Source: an uncultured bacterium (lineage in GTDB: Bacteria > Zixibacteria > MSB-5A5 > GN15 > FEB-12). From it: a stretch of 64,000 bases of DNA. A program made the translations under genes and the position numbers. The stretch covers positions 1 to 64,000 of the forward strand of contig CBDVDR010000011.1 in NCBI GenBank assembly GCA_965372795.1, given 5' to 3'. Positions 1 to 8,039 of this stretch are shown piece after piece; the stretch's first letter is position 1, and the number at the start of each line of letters is the position of its first letter. The notes under the pieces are model-generated. The model was not told the DNA's origin. It did not search any database and worked only from the letters and a program-made list of their open reading frames with translations.

Positions 1-849
1 TATTATAAAGTTGCAATTGATCAATATATAAAACAAAATAAACCTCTATTGAAATTATATTCAAATATGAATTTAGCTTTGGTTAAGATTGAATATGGAG
101 ATTTTAGAAATGCTATTCCATTATTGAAAAGAGGAGTGGAATATTTTAAGGAAAATAATAAACCTATTCAATTAGTTATTACTTATAAGAATTTAGGATT
201 TGCATACTTTGAATCTAATAATATAGACTCATCTTTAAAATATTATTATCTGACTATTCATAATGCTGCAAAAAACTTAGAAAAAATTAAAATTCAAGCA
301 AATAGCGGTATAGGGTTAATATATCTTCAAAAAAAACTATTCGATAGTTCTTATTATTATTTTAACTCTGCATTTCATCAAGCAAAAGAAGAACATGAAA
401 AAAATAAAATTAATTATGAGATGGGTCTAGTATATGGGAATTTTAGTATTTATTATTTCGTGCTTGGAGAAAATGAACAGGGTTTTGAATATCTAGCCGC
501 TTCAGGGAAATATTTTAAAAATTCTATTTCACAAGAAAGTATTGCAATCTTCTATTCAAATATGGGGGATTACTACTTTAAGAATGAATTTCTTCAAGAA
601 TCATATTATTATTACGATTCTGCGAGAGTTATTTATGAATTGATAGATTTAAAGAAGGAGCTTTCTGAAACTTATAAATGGATGGGCAAAATCTGTATTA
701 TGCAACTTCAATGTGAAAAAACTATCGAATTCTACAAGAAAGCAAAAAAATACTGCTTGCAAACTAATTTCCCTGCAGAATATTGTAATGAATATGATAA
801 GCTAATTATAAATATAAAAAGAAAGATTGAAAAGGGAGATTGTAATTGA
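1..849 (+). CDS. TPR-repeat protein (5'-partial)
   Basis: Frame is open from base 1 (YYKVAIDQY...). Repeated TPR-like helices (YKNLGFAY, NSGIGLIY, YSNMGDYY, YKWMGKI). Overlaps the nrdR start. Confidence 0.75.
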   Translation, partial: YYKVAIDQYIKQNKPLLKLYSNMNLALVKIEYGDFRNAIPLLKRGVEYFKENNKPIQLVITYKNLGFAYFESNNIDSSLKYYYLTIHNAAKNLEKIKIQANSGIGLIYLQKKLFDSSYYYFNSAFHQAKEEHEKNKINYEMGLVYGNFSIYYFVLGENEQGFEYLAASGKYFKNSISQESIAIFYSNMGDYYFKNEFLQESYYYYDSARVIYELIDLKKELSETYKWMGKICIMQLQCEKTIEFYKKAKKYCLQTNFPAEYCNEYDKLIINIKRKIEKGDCN

Positions 850-1295
850 AGTGCCCGAAGTGTGGACATGAAGAAGATAAAGTAGTCGATAGCCGACCGG
901 CACAAGAAGGTCGCGCTATCAGGCGTCGTCGGGAATGTCTTAAATGCAGCGAACGCTACACGACCTACGAATTTATCGAACAGGGAACCCTGACCGTTTT
1001 AAAATCCGGTAACCGAAGAGAACCGTTTGACCGGCATAAATTGCTTTATGGAATCAAACTTGCCTGCAATAAACGTCCTATTGCCTTAAAAGAGATTGAA
1101 TCAATCTGTGAAGAGATCGAGAAACGGCTTTATTCAAAGTTTCGCAATGAAGTTCCCAGTAAGGAAATCGGCGAGCTGGTGATGGAAAAACTAAAATTGA
1201 TGGATGAAATTGCTTATGTGCGATTTGCATCAGTATACCGTAAATTTAAAGACAAAGCTGAATTTTTAGAAGAGATGAAAAAATTATTAGAGTAA
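846..1295 (+). CDS. nrdR: Transcriptional repressor NrdR
   Basis: MKCPKCG...VVDSR...IRRRRECLKC..RYTTYE zinc ribbon, ATP cone, AYVRFASVYRKF. TTG start after GGGAG. Confidence 0.97.
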   Translation: MKCPKCGHEEDKVVDSRPAQEGRAIRRRRECLKCSERYTTYEFIEQGTLTVLKSGNRREPFDRHKLLYGIKLACNKRPIALKEIESICEEIEKRLYSKFRNEVPSKEIGELVMEKLKLMDEIAYVRFASVYRKFKDKAEFLEEMKKLLE

Positions 1296-1338
1296 CACCC
1301 TTCGGGTGATTGATACCCTTCGCACCCTTCGGGTGATT
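1296..1338. repeat. Short palindromic direct repeat (2x CACCCTTCGGGTGATT plus a partial ACCCTTCG)
   Basis: Exact copies at 1296-1311 and 1323-1338. Each can fold as CACCC-TTC-GGGTG. Confidence 0.8.
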
Positions 1339-1487
1339 TTCCTGGCGAAATATGAAAGTTTCTATCAAAGATCAAGACTCTCTTTCTTTAGAGAACTGAA
1401 AAATACCAGTACAATTTCGAATTTTTATCTTATACTTTTTATTAAAACGCAGATGATGCGATAAAACGTCGACACCTCAATCAATCC

Positions 1488-1516
1488 TTGACACAATTTT
1501 AAGAATAGATTATATT
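1488..1516 (+). promoter_or_regulatory. sigma70-type promoter
   Basis: TTGACA-N17-TATATT upstream of the 1574 ORF. Confidence 0.7.
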
Positions 1517-1573
1517 TATAACAATAGTGCAAGTCTATATTATCTAAAATATAAATCTATTTGGGAGGGAATT

Positions 1574-2179
1574 ATGCGGAATTCTTTATTTTTCATATCA
1601 AAAGTTATCCTTTTAATTTGTCTCCTATCCATCACAGCGATTGCTGATCTTCAAAATGTTGGGCATACTCCTGAATATCCAACAACCGATGATATTGTAT
1701 CTGTATATGTTAATGGTGCTTCCACAAGTACGTGTCATGTTTTAGATGGTTCTGATTTTAATATAAATGGAAATACTTTTAACTTCGAGGTATTTTCACA
1801 TTTCTCCGGGGGCGCTTGTCTGTTTCTCTATGCTGAATGGAGTTTTTTGGAAACTTGGGGAACATTACCTGCCGGGGAATATACAGTAACAGCATATGAA
1901 TCAGCTCCTCTGATAGGAGAATTTTTTAAAACTGAAACATTTCGGGTTGTTGATTGCTCGGTATGTATTACCGGTGATCTCAACGGAAGCGGGAGTATCA
2001 GTATTGGTGATTTAACGCTTTTGGTCGAATTCTTGTTTGGAAGCGGAGCCGCGATTCGTTGTCCGGGCAGATTTGATATTGACGGTAGTAATAGCGATCC
2101 TGAGCCAACCGTATCCGACCTCACATATTTGGTGGATTATTTATTCGGGGGCGGAACCGCTCCGGTATCATGCGAATAA
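1574..2179 (+). CDS. Secreted protein with C-terminal Cys-bracketed dockerin-like domain
   Basis: Signal peptide (AIA). C-terminal CxxC-GDLNGSGSISIGDLTLLVEFLF...DIDG...TVSDLTYLVDYLFGGGTAPVSC, a duplicated Ca-binding loop-helix motif. Confidence 0.8.
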   Translation: MRNSLFFISKVILLICLLSITAIADLQNVGHTPEYPTTDDIVSVYVNGASTSTCHVLDGSDFNINGNTFNFEVFSHFSGGACLFLYAEWSFLETWGTLPAGEYTVTAYESAPLIGEFFKTETFRVVDCSVCITGDLNGSGSISIGDLTLLVEFLFGSGAAIRCPGRFDIDGSNSDPEPTVSDLTYLVDYLFGGGTAPVSCE

Positions 2180-2192
2180 TTGAAATAGAATA

Positions 2193-2226
2193 GGGCAGAA
2201 TCGATTAAAGGTTCTGCTTTTTATTT
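2193..2226 (+). terminator. Probable intrinsic terminator
   Basis: GGCAGAATC...GGTTCTGCT stem followed by a T-tract, just after the 2179 stop. Confidence 0.6.
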
Positions 2227-2319
2227 GTCAAATCTTTGAGATTAAATTTTTTATCAAATCAAAAACACCCCTAAACAATATGATTGACTTTATTCATCTT
2301 TTTGCTGACTTTGCATCCT

Positions 2320-3117
2320 ATGGATGATAAGGATAAACAGGAAAATCTACTCAACAATGAGGATAACTCCGCCAATAACGAGAGTGAGCCGGTTTCGGAA
2401 GAATTTAAAAAAGGGGCAATGGGGTTTTTGGGTCATCTGGAAGAACTTCGTCGTCGTCTGATTAAATCTGTTTTTTCTGTCGTTATTCTGTCATTTGCTG
2501 CCTTTTATTTTGCTGACTACATAATGGAGTTTATTAAAATTCCGTTACCAAGTGAAATAGAACTTTATAATATCGCAGTTACCGGTTCATTTTACGCCTA
2601 TCTGAAAGTGTCTTTGATTTGCGGTGTTTTTGCCGGATTGCCGTTTCTTTTTTATCAGCTCTGGTCATTTATATCGCCCGGTCTTTATTCAAGGGAAAAG
2701 GTCTTTATTTTACCCTTAGTGCTATTTTCCACCCTGCTGTTTTTAATCGGGGCTTCTTTCTGTTTTGTACTGGTTTTACCGCTTTCTTTTGCATTTTTAA
2801 CCGGTTTTTCCGGCGATACCATTATCAATACAATTACTATTGGCAGTTATATAAGTTTTGTAGGTCTTCTGTTAATGGCTTTCGGATTTGGTTTTCAAAT
2901 GCCGATTGTCGCTTATGTTTTAGGTAAAATGGGTATTTTAACCAGTACTTTTTTATCAAAGGGAAGACGATACGCCTTGGTTATTATTCTGATTGCCGGT
3001 GCAATTATTACTCCGCCTGATGTTTTTACTCAGCTTTTATTAGCTATCCCGCTTTATATATTATATGAGATATCAATTTTGGTTGTCAGGTTTACAGCTG
3101 ATAAACCCAAAGAATAA
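2320..3117 (+). CDS. tatC: Twin-arginine translocase subunit TatC
   Basis: MGFLGHLEELRRRL, YQLWSFISPGLY, FGFQMP and ITPPD motifs; six TM segments. ATG 2320 preferred to TTG 2284. Confidence 0.96.
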   Translation: MDDKDKQENLLNNEDNSANNESEPVSEEFKKGAMGFLGHLEELRRRLIKSVFSVVILSFAAFYFADYIMEFIKIPLPSEIELYNIAVTGSFYAYLKVSLICGVFAGLPFLFYQLWSFISPGLYSREKVFILPLVLFSTLLFLIGASFCFVLVLPLSFAFLTGFSGDTIINTITIGSYISFVGLLLMAFGFGFQMPIVAYVLGKMGILTSTFLSKGRRYALVIILIAGAIITPPDVFTQLLLAIPLYILYEISILVVRFTADKPKE

Positions 3118-3134
3118 GCTTAAATCAAGCACGG

Positions 3135-3163
3135 TTGACAATTTTGGATTCTTAAACTAAATT
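3135..3163 (+). promoter_or_regulatory. sigma70-type promoter
   Basis: TTGACA-N17-TAAATT ending 17 nt before the tRNA-like element. Confidence 0.7.
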
Positions 3164-3180
3164 CAATCAAATTGTTTTTT

Positions 3181-3239
3181 GCGGGCGTAATTCAGTGGTA
3201 GAATGCTTGACGTCGGGAGTTTGAACCTCCTCGCCTGCT
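3181..3239 (+). pseudogene. tRNA-Gly-like element lacking the anticodon arm (pseudo-tRNA)
   Basis: Acceptor stem GCGGGCG/CGCCTGC with U73, D arm ATTC-AGTGGTA-GAAT, T arm GGGAG-TTTGAAC-CTCCT. Only G-CTTG-ACGTC lies between the D and T arms (about 13 nt missing). No encoded CCA. Confidence 0.8.
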
Positions 3240-3268
3240 AAATGAAATGTTTTTGTAGAAGGAAGTAG

Positions 3269-4543
3269 ATGAAAGTTGCTAATATAGACCCCGGATCACC
3301 ACTGTTTGGATATGTGAGACCCGGAGACAAAGTTGTTTCGATAAATGGAACTGAAGTTCTCGATTCAATCGATTTTTACTATAAGACCTCTCATGAGAAG
3401 GTTGTGATTCTGTTTGCTGATCCCAAAGGTGAGCAAATAGAGTTCGATTTTGATGAATTAATGCCCGGTGAGCTTGGTTTGACTTTGGAAGAAGGGAAAA
3501 TACGGGTTTGTAAAAATGATTGTATTTTTTGCTTTATCCGTCAACAGCCACAGGGGATGAGAAGAGCCCTATATGTCAAGGATGAAGATTATCGCTTATC
3601 ATTCACTCATGGTAATTTTGTAACACTCTCCAACACAACTGATGCTGATATAAAGCGGATTATTGAACAACGGTTGTCTCCAATGTATGTTTCAGTACAT
3701 GCTACAGATGATAAACTTCGGCGCTGTATGTTACGCAATGAGAAACTTGACCCAATCATCCCAAGGCTGAAAGCATTAACAGATAACGGAATTACGGTTC
3801 ATACTCAAACGGTTCTCTGTCCCGGTATTAACGATGGGGAGAACCTCGAAAGAACAATAACTGATCTTGCATCTTTACACCCCGGAATCGAAACTTTGGC
3901 GGTTGTCCCGGTAGGACTGACCAAATATAGAGATCATCTGCCCGGGCTGAGGAATTATAAGCCGGATGAGGCAAAGCAGATAATAGATTTTATTGGTACT
4001 TTACAGGATAAATATTTAAAACAACACGGGACCAGATTTGTCTGGGCGGCTGATGAGTTTTATGTGGCGGCTAATATGGAGTTTCCCAATAAAGCTTTTT
4101 ATGAAGAGATGTCTCAATTTGAGAACGGAATAGGCATGGTTCGGGAATTTATAACCATGTTCAATCGGCGACGCAAACAGCTAAAAGAAATAAAGTCAGA
4201 TAAAAAAGCCTTGTTTTTGACCGGCTATTCAGCTCTGCCGTTTTTAAATAAGGAAATAGCGCCTCAAATAGAAAATCTAAATATCTCTTTTGAACCGGTT
4301 AAAAATGACTTCTGGGGTCATTCTGTCACAGTTTCCGGTCTTTTAACCGGCCAGGACCTTTTAAAACATGCCCGATCAAGAATAAATGATTTTGATGTTG
4401 CCGTTTTGCCTCCAAACTGTTTAAATAACGATGACCTGTTTTTGGATAATATGTCATTGGAGCAGTTTCAAACCGGGTTAGGTAAAGAAGTATTTATTGG
4501 ACAATATAACTTAGCGGAAACAATCAAAGAAATATTTGCATAA
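3269..4543 (+). CDS. PDZ + radical SAM protein (DUF512 family)
   Basis: N-terminal PDZ-like segment, CKNDCIFC motif, LYVKDEDYRLSF, QFENGIGM, VTVSGLLTGQD. This family commonly sits next to der. Confidence 0.9.
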   Translation: MKVANIDPGSPLFGYVRPGDKVVSINGTEVLDSIDFYYKTSHEKVVILFADPKGEQIEFDFDELMPGELGLTLEEGKIRVCKNDCIFCFIRQQPQGMRRALYVKDEDYRLSFTHGNFVTLSNTTDADIKRIIEQRLSPMYVSVHATDDKLRRCMLRNEKLDPIIPRLKALTDNGITVHTQTVLCPGINDGENLERTITDLASLHPGIETLAVVPVGLTKYRDHLPGLRNYKPDEAKQIIDFIGTLQDKYLKQHGTRFVWAADEFYVAANMEFPNKAFYEEMSQFENGIGMVREFITMFNRRRKQLKEIKSDKKALFLTGYSALPFLNKEIAPQIENLNISFEPVKNDFWGHSVTVSGLLTGQDLLKHARSRINDFDVAVLPPNCLNNDDLFLDNMSLEQFQTGLGKEVFIGQYNLAETIKEIFA

Positions 4544-5852
4544 TATGTTTACAGTAGCACTTATCGGTCGACCAAACGTAGGGAAATCTTCACTTTTTAA
4601 CCGTTTTCTTCAAAGAAGAATTGCAGTTGTGGATGGAGAGCCGGGTGTCACCCGTGACAGGAATTATGCTGTCTGTGATTGGAATGGGGTGCCATTTAAT
4701 CTTATAGATACCGGTGGAATAGTTCCCAATTCTAAAGATTTAATGGAAAAAATGATTTATGATCAGACGGAGTTTGCAATTCATGAATCCGATCTGATCG
4801 TACTTATGGTTGATAATCAAGTGGGCACCGATCCGGTTGACCGCAGGATAGCCAGCAAAATTAAAAAGTCAGGAAAACTGTTTGTCCTGGTAGCTAATAA
4901 AGTTGATTCTGAGTTATTAGAAAATGACATTTATGATTTTATGAAACTTGGACTGGGAGACCCGATGCCTATCTCGGCAACAGTCGGCCGTGGGATAGGG
5001 GAGGTTCTCGATAAAATTATCGAATCCCTGCCGGTTTATAATTCTGAAAAAGAAGAGGATGAAGAGACTATCAGAGTTGCTCTTGCGGGCAGACCGAATG
5101 TTGGTAAATCATCTTTTATCAATACTCTTATTGGTGAAGAAAGACATATTGTTACGCCTATTGCCGGTACTACCCGGGATGCGACAGATACCCCTTTTGA
5201 ATTTGAAGAACAAAAATATGTACTGATAGATACCGCCGGATTGAGAAAAAAATATAAAATTCATGAAAACATCGAATTTTATACCAGTCTGAGAACTACC
5301 CGGGCGATTGAACACTGTGACGTTGTTCTGATTATGATAGATGCCACGAGTGGCTTGACATCTCAGGACCAGAAAATTCTGGAGCAAGTCCATACTGTCA
5401 GACGTCCGGCAGTTTTAGCTATTAACAAATGGGATCTGATTGAAAAGGATTCATACACTGCGGATAAATTTGCTAAAGAGGTTCAGGAAGAACTGGCCAA
5501 ATATGGTCATCTTCCAATAATTTTTATATCGTCACTTTCAGGTCAACGAGTTCATAAAGTATTAAGTCTTGTGAAAAAAGTCTACCACGAAGCCCGCCGT
5601 CGTATTCCGACTCCGCTTCTAAATGATTTTTTAGAAGAAACAATTTCGAGAAAACATCCTCCTGCAAAACAGGGGAAGTATATTAAATTTCATTATGTTA
5701 CTCAATCTGAAATAAATCCGCCGACTTTTATTTTCTTTGCCAATCACCCCAAGTTGATAGCCAAAGCATATGTCAGCTATATAAGTAATCGAATCCGCGA
5801 AAAGTTCGGGTTTGACGGGGTACCATTCCGAGTGAAATTTAAAAAGAAATAA
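4536..5852 (+). CDS. der: Ribosome biogenesis GTPase Der (EngA)
   Basis: Two tandem G domains (GRPNVGKSS x2, DTGG/DTAG, NKVD/NKWD) and a KH-like C-terminus. Alternative ATG at 4545. Confidence 0.97.
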   Translation: MHNMFTVALIGRPNVGKSSLFNRFLQRRIAVVDGEPGVTRDRNYAVCDWNGVPFNLIDTGGIVPNSKDLMEKMIYDQTEFAIHESDLIVLMVDNQVGTDPVDRRIASKIKKSGKLFVLVANKVDSELLENDIYDFMKLGLGDPMPISATVGRGIGEVLDKIIESLPVYNSEKEEDEETIRVALAGRPNVGKSSFINTLIGEERHIVTPIAGTTRDATDTPFEFEEQKYVLIDTAGLRKKYKIHENIEFYTSLRTTRAIEHCDVVLIMIDATSGLTSQDQKILEQVHTVRRPAVLAINKWDLIEKDSYTADKFAKEVQEELAKYGHLPIIFISSLSGQRVHKVLSLVKKVYHEARRRIPTPLLNDFLEETISRKHPPAKQGKYIKFHYVTQSEINPPTFIFFANHPKLIAKAYVSYISNRIREKFGFDGVPFRVKFKKK

Positions 5853-5894
5853 GAAATATTTTCTTTTAAATACACCATCTAAACTATTATCAAT

Positions 5895-5921
5895 TAACAA
5901 AATCATAGTTTCTGTCGATAA
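5895..5921 (+). promoter_or_regulatory. Putative sigma28 (FliA) promoter
   Basis: TAAC-N15-GTCGATAA ending 8 nt before the ATG at 5930. Confidence 0.5.
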
Positions 5922-5929
5922 CTATATGT

Positions 5930-7222
5930 ATGTCAGAAGCTTTACAACAGGAACAACTGCTTTACGATGTTGAAGCACGGCTTCAGATTTGCAGGGCAAA
6001 CCTGCATGATCTGGCAACAATGGGAGCAGTGATAACCTCAATCCATGAGTTACAAACGGTTTTATCAGTTGTTATGGAGATGTCAATTCGGCTTGTAAAT
6101 GGAGAAGTCGGCATCATTCTGTTGTATGAGGAAGAGGAACTTTCTCATAAAATCTCATGGGGCGTTTCTGACGATTTTGTTAAGTCTTTGATCTATCAGG
6201 ATGGGATGGATATCGCCTCCTATTGTTACAAAATTAAGGAAACGATTATTCTTAGCGATCTTGGTGTTAGAAACGAAGACGGCAATTCAATTGACTCAAT
6301 TATTTGTTCTCCGATAAAAACTTCGGAAAAGTGTCTTGGTGTAGTTGTTATTATAAACAAAGCCACCGGGGAGAGTTACACGGACGAAGATAAAGAAATA
6401 CTTGAGGTGTTATTGAGTTTTGTCGCGGTTGCAATCGAAAACTCCAATTTAATTAAGGAAAAACTTTTAAAGCAGAAAATTGATCAGGAAATAGCAATTG
6501 CCAAGCAGATTCAAGAGACGATTTTGCCTGATAACATTGACATATTAACCGGTTTGGAAATCGGTGCGGTTTATTATCCAGCGCGAGAAGTTAGCGGTGA
6601 TTTCTATGATGTTATAAAAATTGATGATAACAATGCAATTGTAATTATGGGTGATGTTTCAAATAAAGGAATTCCAGCCGCTATGGTGATGTCTGCAGCT
6701 GCCGGGATTATTAAGTCTACAGTAGCATTAAATCCAAATATTGAAATCTCAAGTTTAGCCTCGATTGTAAATGATACTCTATGTGAGCATATCATTAAAG
6801 ACAGGGACATGTTTATAACACTTTTTTTCAGCAAATTTGATTTAAAGAATCACAAGTTAACTTTTTGTAATGCTGGGCATGTTCCCGGATTGTTCTGGAA
6901 TAATTCTGAGCAGAGAATCAAAGAATTATCAGAAGGTGGAACTATCATTGGACAATTTCAAGGCATAAAATTCAAGCAGGGAGAATGCAGTTTAGAAAAG
7001 GGTGATCGACTCTTTTTATTTACTGATGGATTGACTGAGGCTGAAGATGCCGAAGGACGGTTATTCGGAAGAGAGCGAGCTGAGCAGGTTTTCTCAGCCG
7101 AGATTGGTTTATCACCAAATGAGTTCTGCGCCAAAGTTAAAGAATGGGTCGATAGATATGCCGAAGGAGCAGCTGAGGACACTATTGATGATTTTACAAT
7201 TATGCAAGTGAAGGTCAATTAA
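5930..7222 (+). CDS. GAF-domain PP2C/SpoIIE phosphatase (RsbU-like)
   Basis: GAF region, then EVSGDFYD, GDVSNKG, CNAGH, LFTDGLTEA and DDFT PP2C motifs. Confidence 0.92.
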   Translation: MSEALQQEQLLYDVEARLQICRANLHDLATMGAVITSIHELQTVLSVVMEMSIRLVNGEVGIILLYEEEELSHKISWGVSDDFVKSLIYQDGMDIASYCYKIKETIILSDLGVRNEDGNSIDSIICSPIKTSEKCLGVVVIINKATGESYTDEDKEILEVLLSFVAVAIENSNLIKEKLLKQKIDQEIAIAKQIQETILPDNIDILTGLEIGAVYYPAREVSGDFYDVIKIDDNNAIVIMGDVSNKGIPAAMVMSAAAGIIKSTVALNPNIEISSLASIVNDTLCEHIIKDRDMFITLFFSKFDLKNHKLTFCNAGHVPGLFWNNSEQRIKELSEGGTIIGQFQGIKFKQGECSLEKGDRLFLFTDGLTEAEDAEGRLFGRERAEQVFSAEIGLSPNEFCAKVKEWVDRYAEGAAEDTIDDFTIMQVKVN

Positions 7223-7642
7223 GTGGCAACCTTGAAATTAAAATATAAGTCAATACCTGAGTCTGAAAACCAGATGCTTGATGCGGTACTTGAATTTGTA
7301 GTAGACAATCAGGTTAATGACAATACGCGACACAAATTTATGCTCTGCATTTCAGAGGCATTTACGAATGCTTTGACTCATGGGAATAATTTTAATCCTG
7401 AAAAAGATATTAATATAAATATTGTTATAAATGAATGGGTTATTACTGCCGATATAATCGACGAAGGAAAAGGTGGCTTGGACAATATAAAATGTAAGAA
7501 CCCACCCAACTTGATGTCTGAAAATGGTCGTGGTGTAGATTTGATGCGCCACTTTTGTACATCGGTTGACTTTCAACAAACATCGCTCGGCGGGTTGAAA
7601 GTTTCATTCAAATTTGAATTAGAAAATGAAGTTGTTAAATAA
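7223..7642 (+). CDS. Anti-sigma factor / Ser kinase (RsbW-like, HATPase_c_2)
   Basis: ISEAFTNALTHGN (N box), IIDEGKG (G1), ENGRGVDLM (G2). Confidence 0.9.
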   Translation: MATLKLKYKSIPESENQMLDAVLEFVVDNQVNDNTRHKFMLCISEAFTNALTHGNNFNPEKDININIVINEWVITADIIDEGKGGLDNIKCKNPPNLMSENGRGVDLMRHFCTSVDFQQTSLGGLKVSFKFELENEVVK

Positions 7643-7662
7643 TTTATGAATCGGAGGAAATC

Positions 7663-8013
7663 ATGGAAATCGTCCATAATGACCAAGGGCAAATAAGTAT
7701 TTTAAATCTTAAGGGAAGACTTGATCTTGCCAGCGGTACTGCTTTGAAAGAAGAAGTCAAACGCTTAATTGAGAACGAGAAAAATTTGGTACATCTGAAT
7801 TTGGTTGAAGTTGAGTTTATTAACAGTTCCGGTTTAGGTGCATTGGTTTCGATTATGAAAGAAGTTCGTCTTTGTAAAGGAAGATTAACACTTTCAAATT
7901 TAGCCAGTTATGTAAACGAGATATTTGAGATAACTCAACTTTCTCACATCTTTGAAATTTTTGAAACAGAAGCTGAAGCTGTTAACTCATATCAGTCCGT
8001 TCCTTCAAACTAG
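7663..8013 (+). CDS. Anti-sigma factor antagonist, STAS domain (RsbV-like)
   Basis: LKGRLDL...VEFINSSGLGAL with the phospho-acceptor Ser; GGAGG RBS. Confidence 0.92.
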   Translation: MEIVHNDQGQISILNLKGRLDLASGTALKEEVKRLIENEKNLVHLNLVEVEFINSSGLGALVSIMKEVRLCKGRLTLSNLASYVNEIFEITQLSHIFEIFETEAEAVNSYQSVPSN

Positions 8014-8039
8014 AACTGGTTAGACTTGGGGATTAAATA

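Noticed and set aside
1296..1338. CRISPR-like repeat
   Set aside because: Only two 16-nt copies with an 11-nt repeat-derived spacer, and no cas genes.
5851..5867. AAGAAATATTTTCTTTT resembles the flagellar UAS core
   Set aside because: No -24/-12 element downstream, no partner site at 22 bp, and the sequence is AT-rich.
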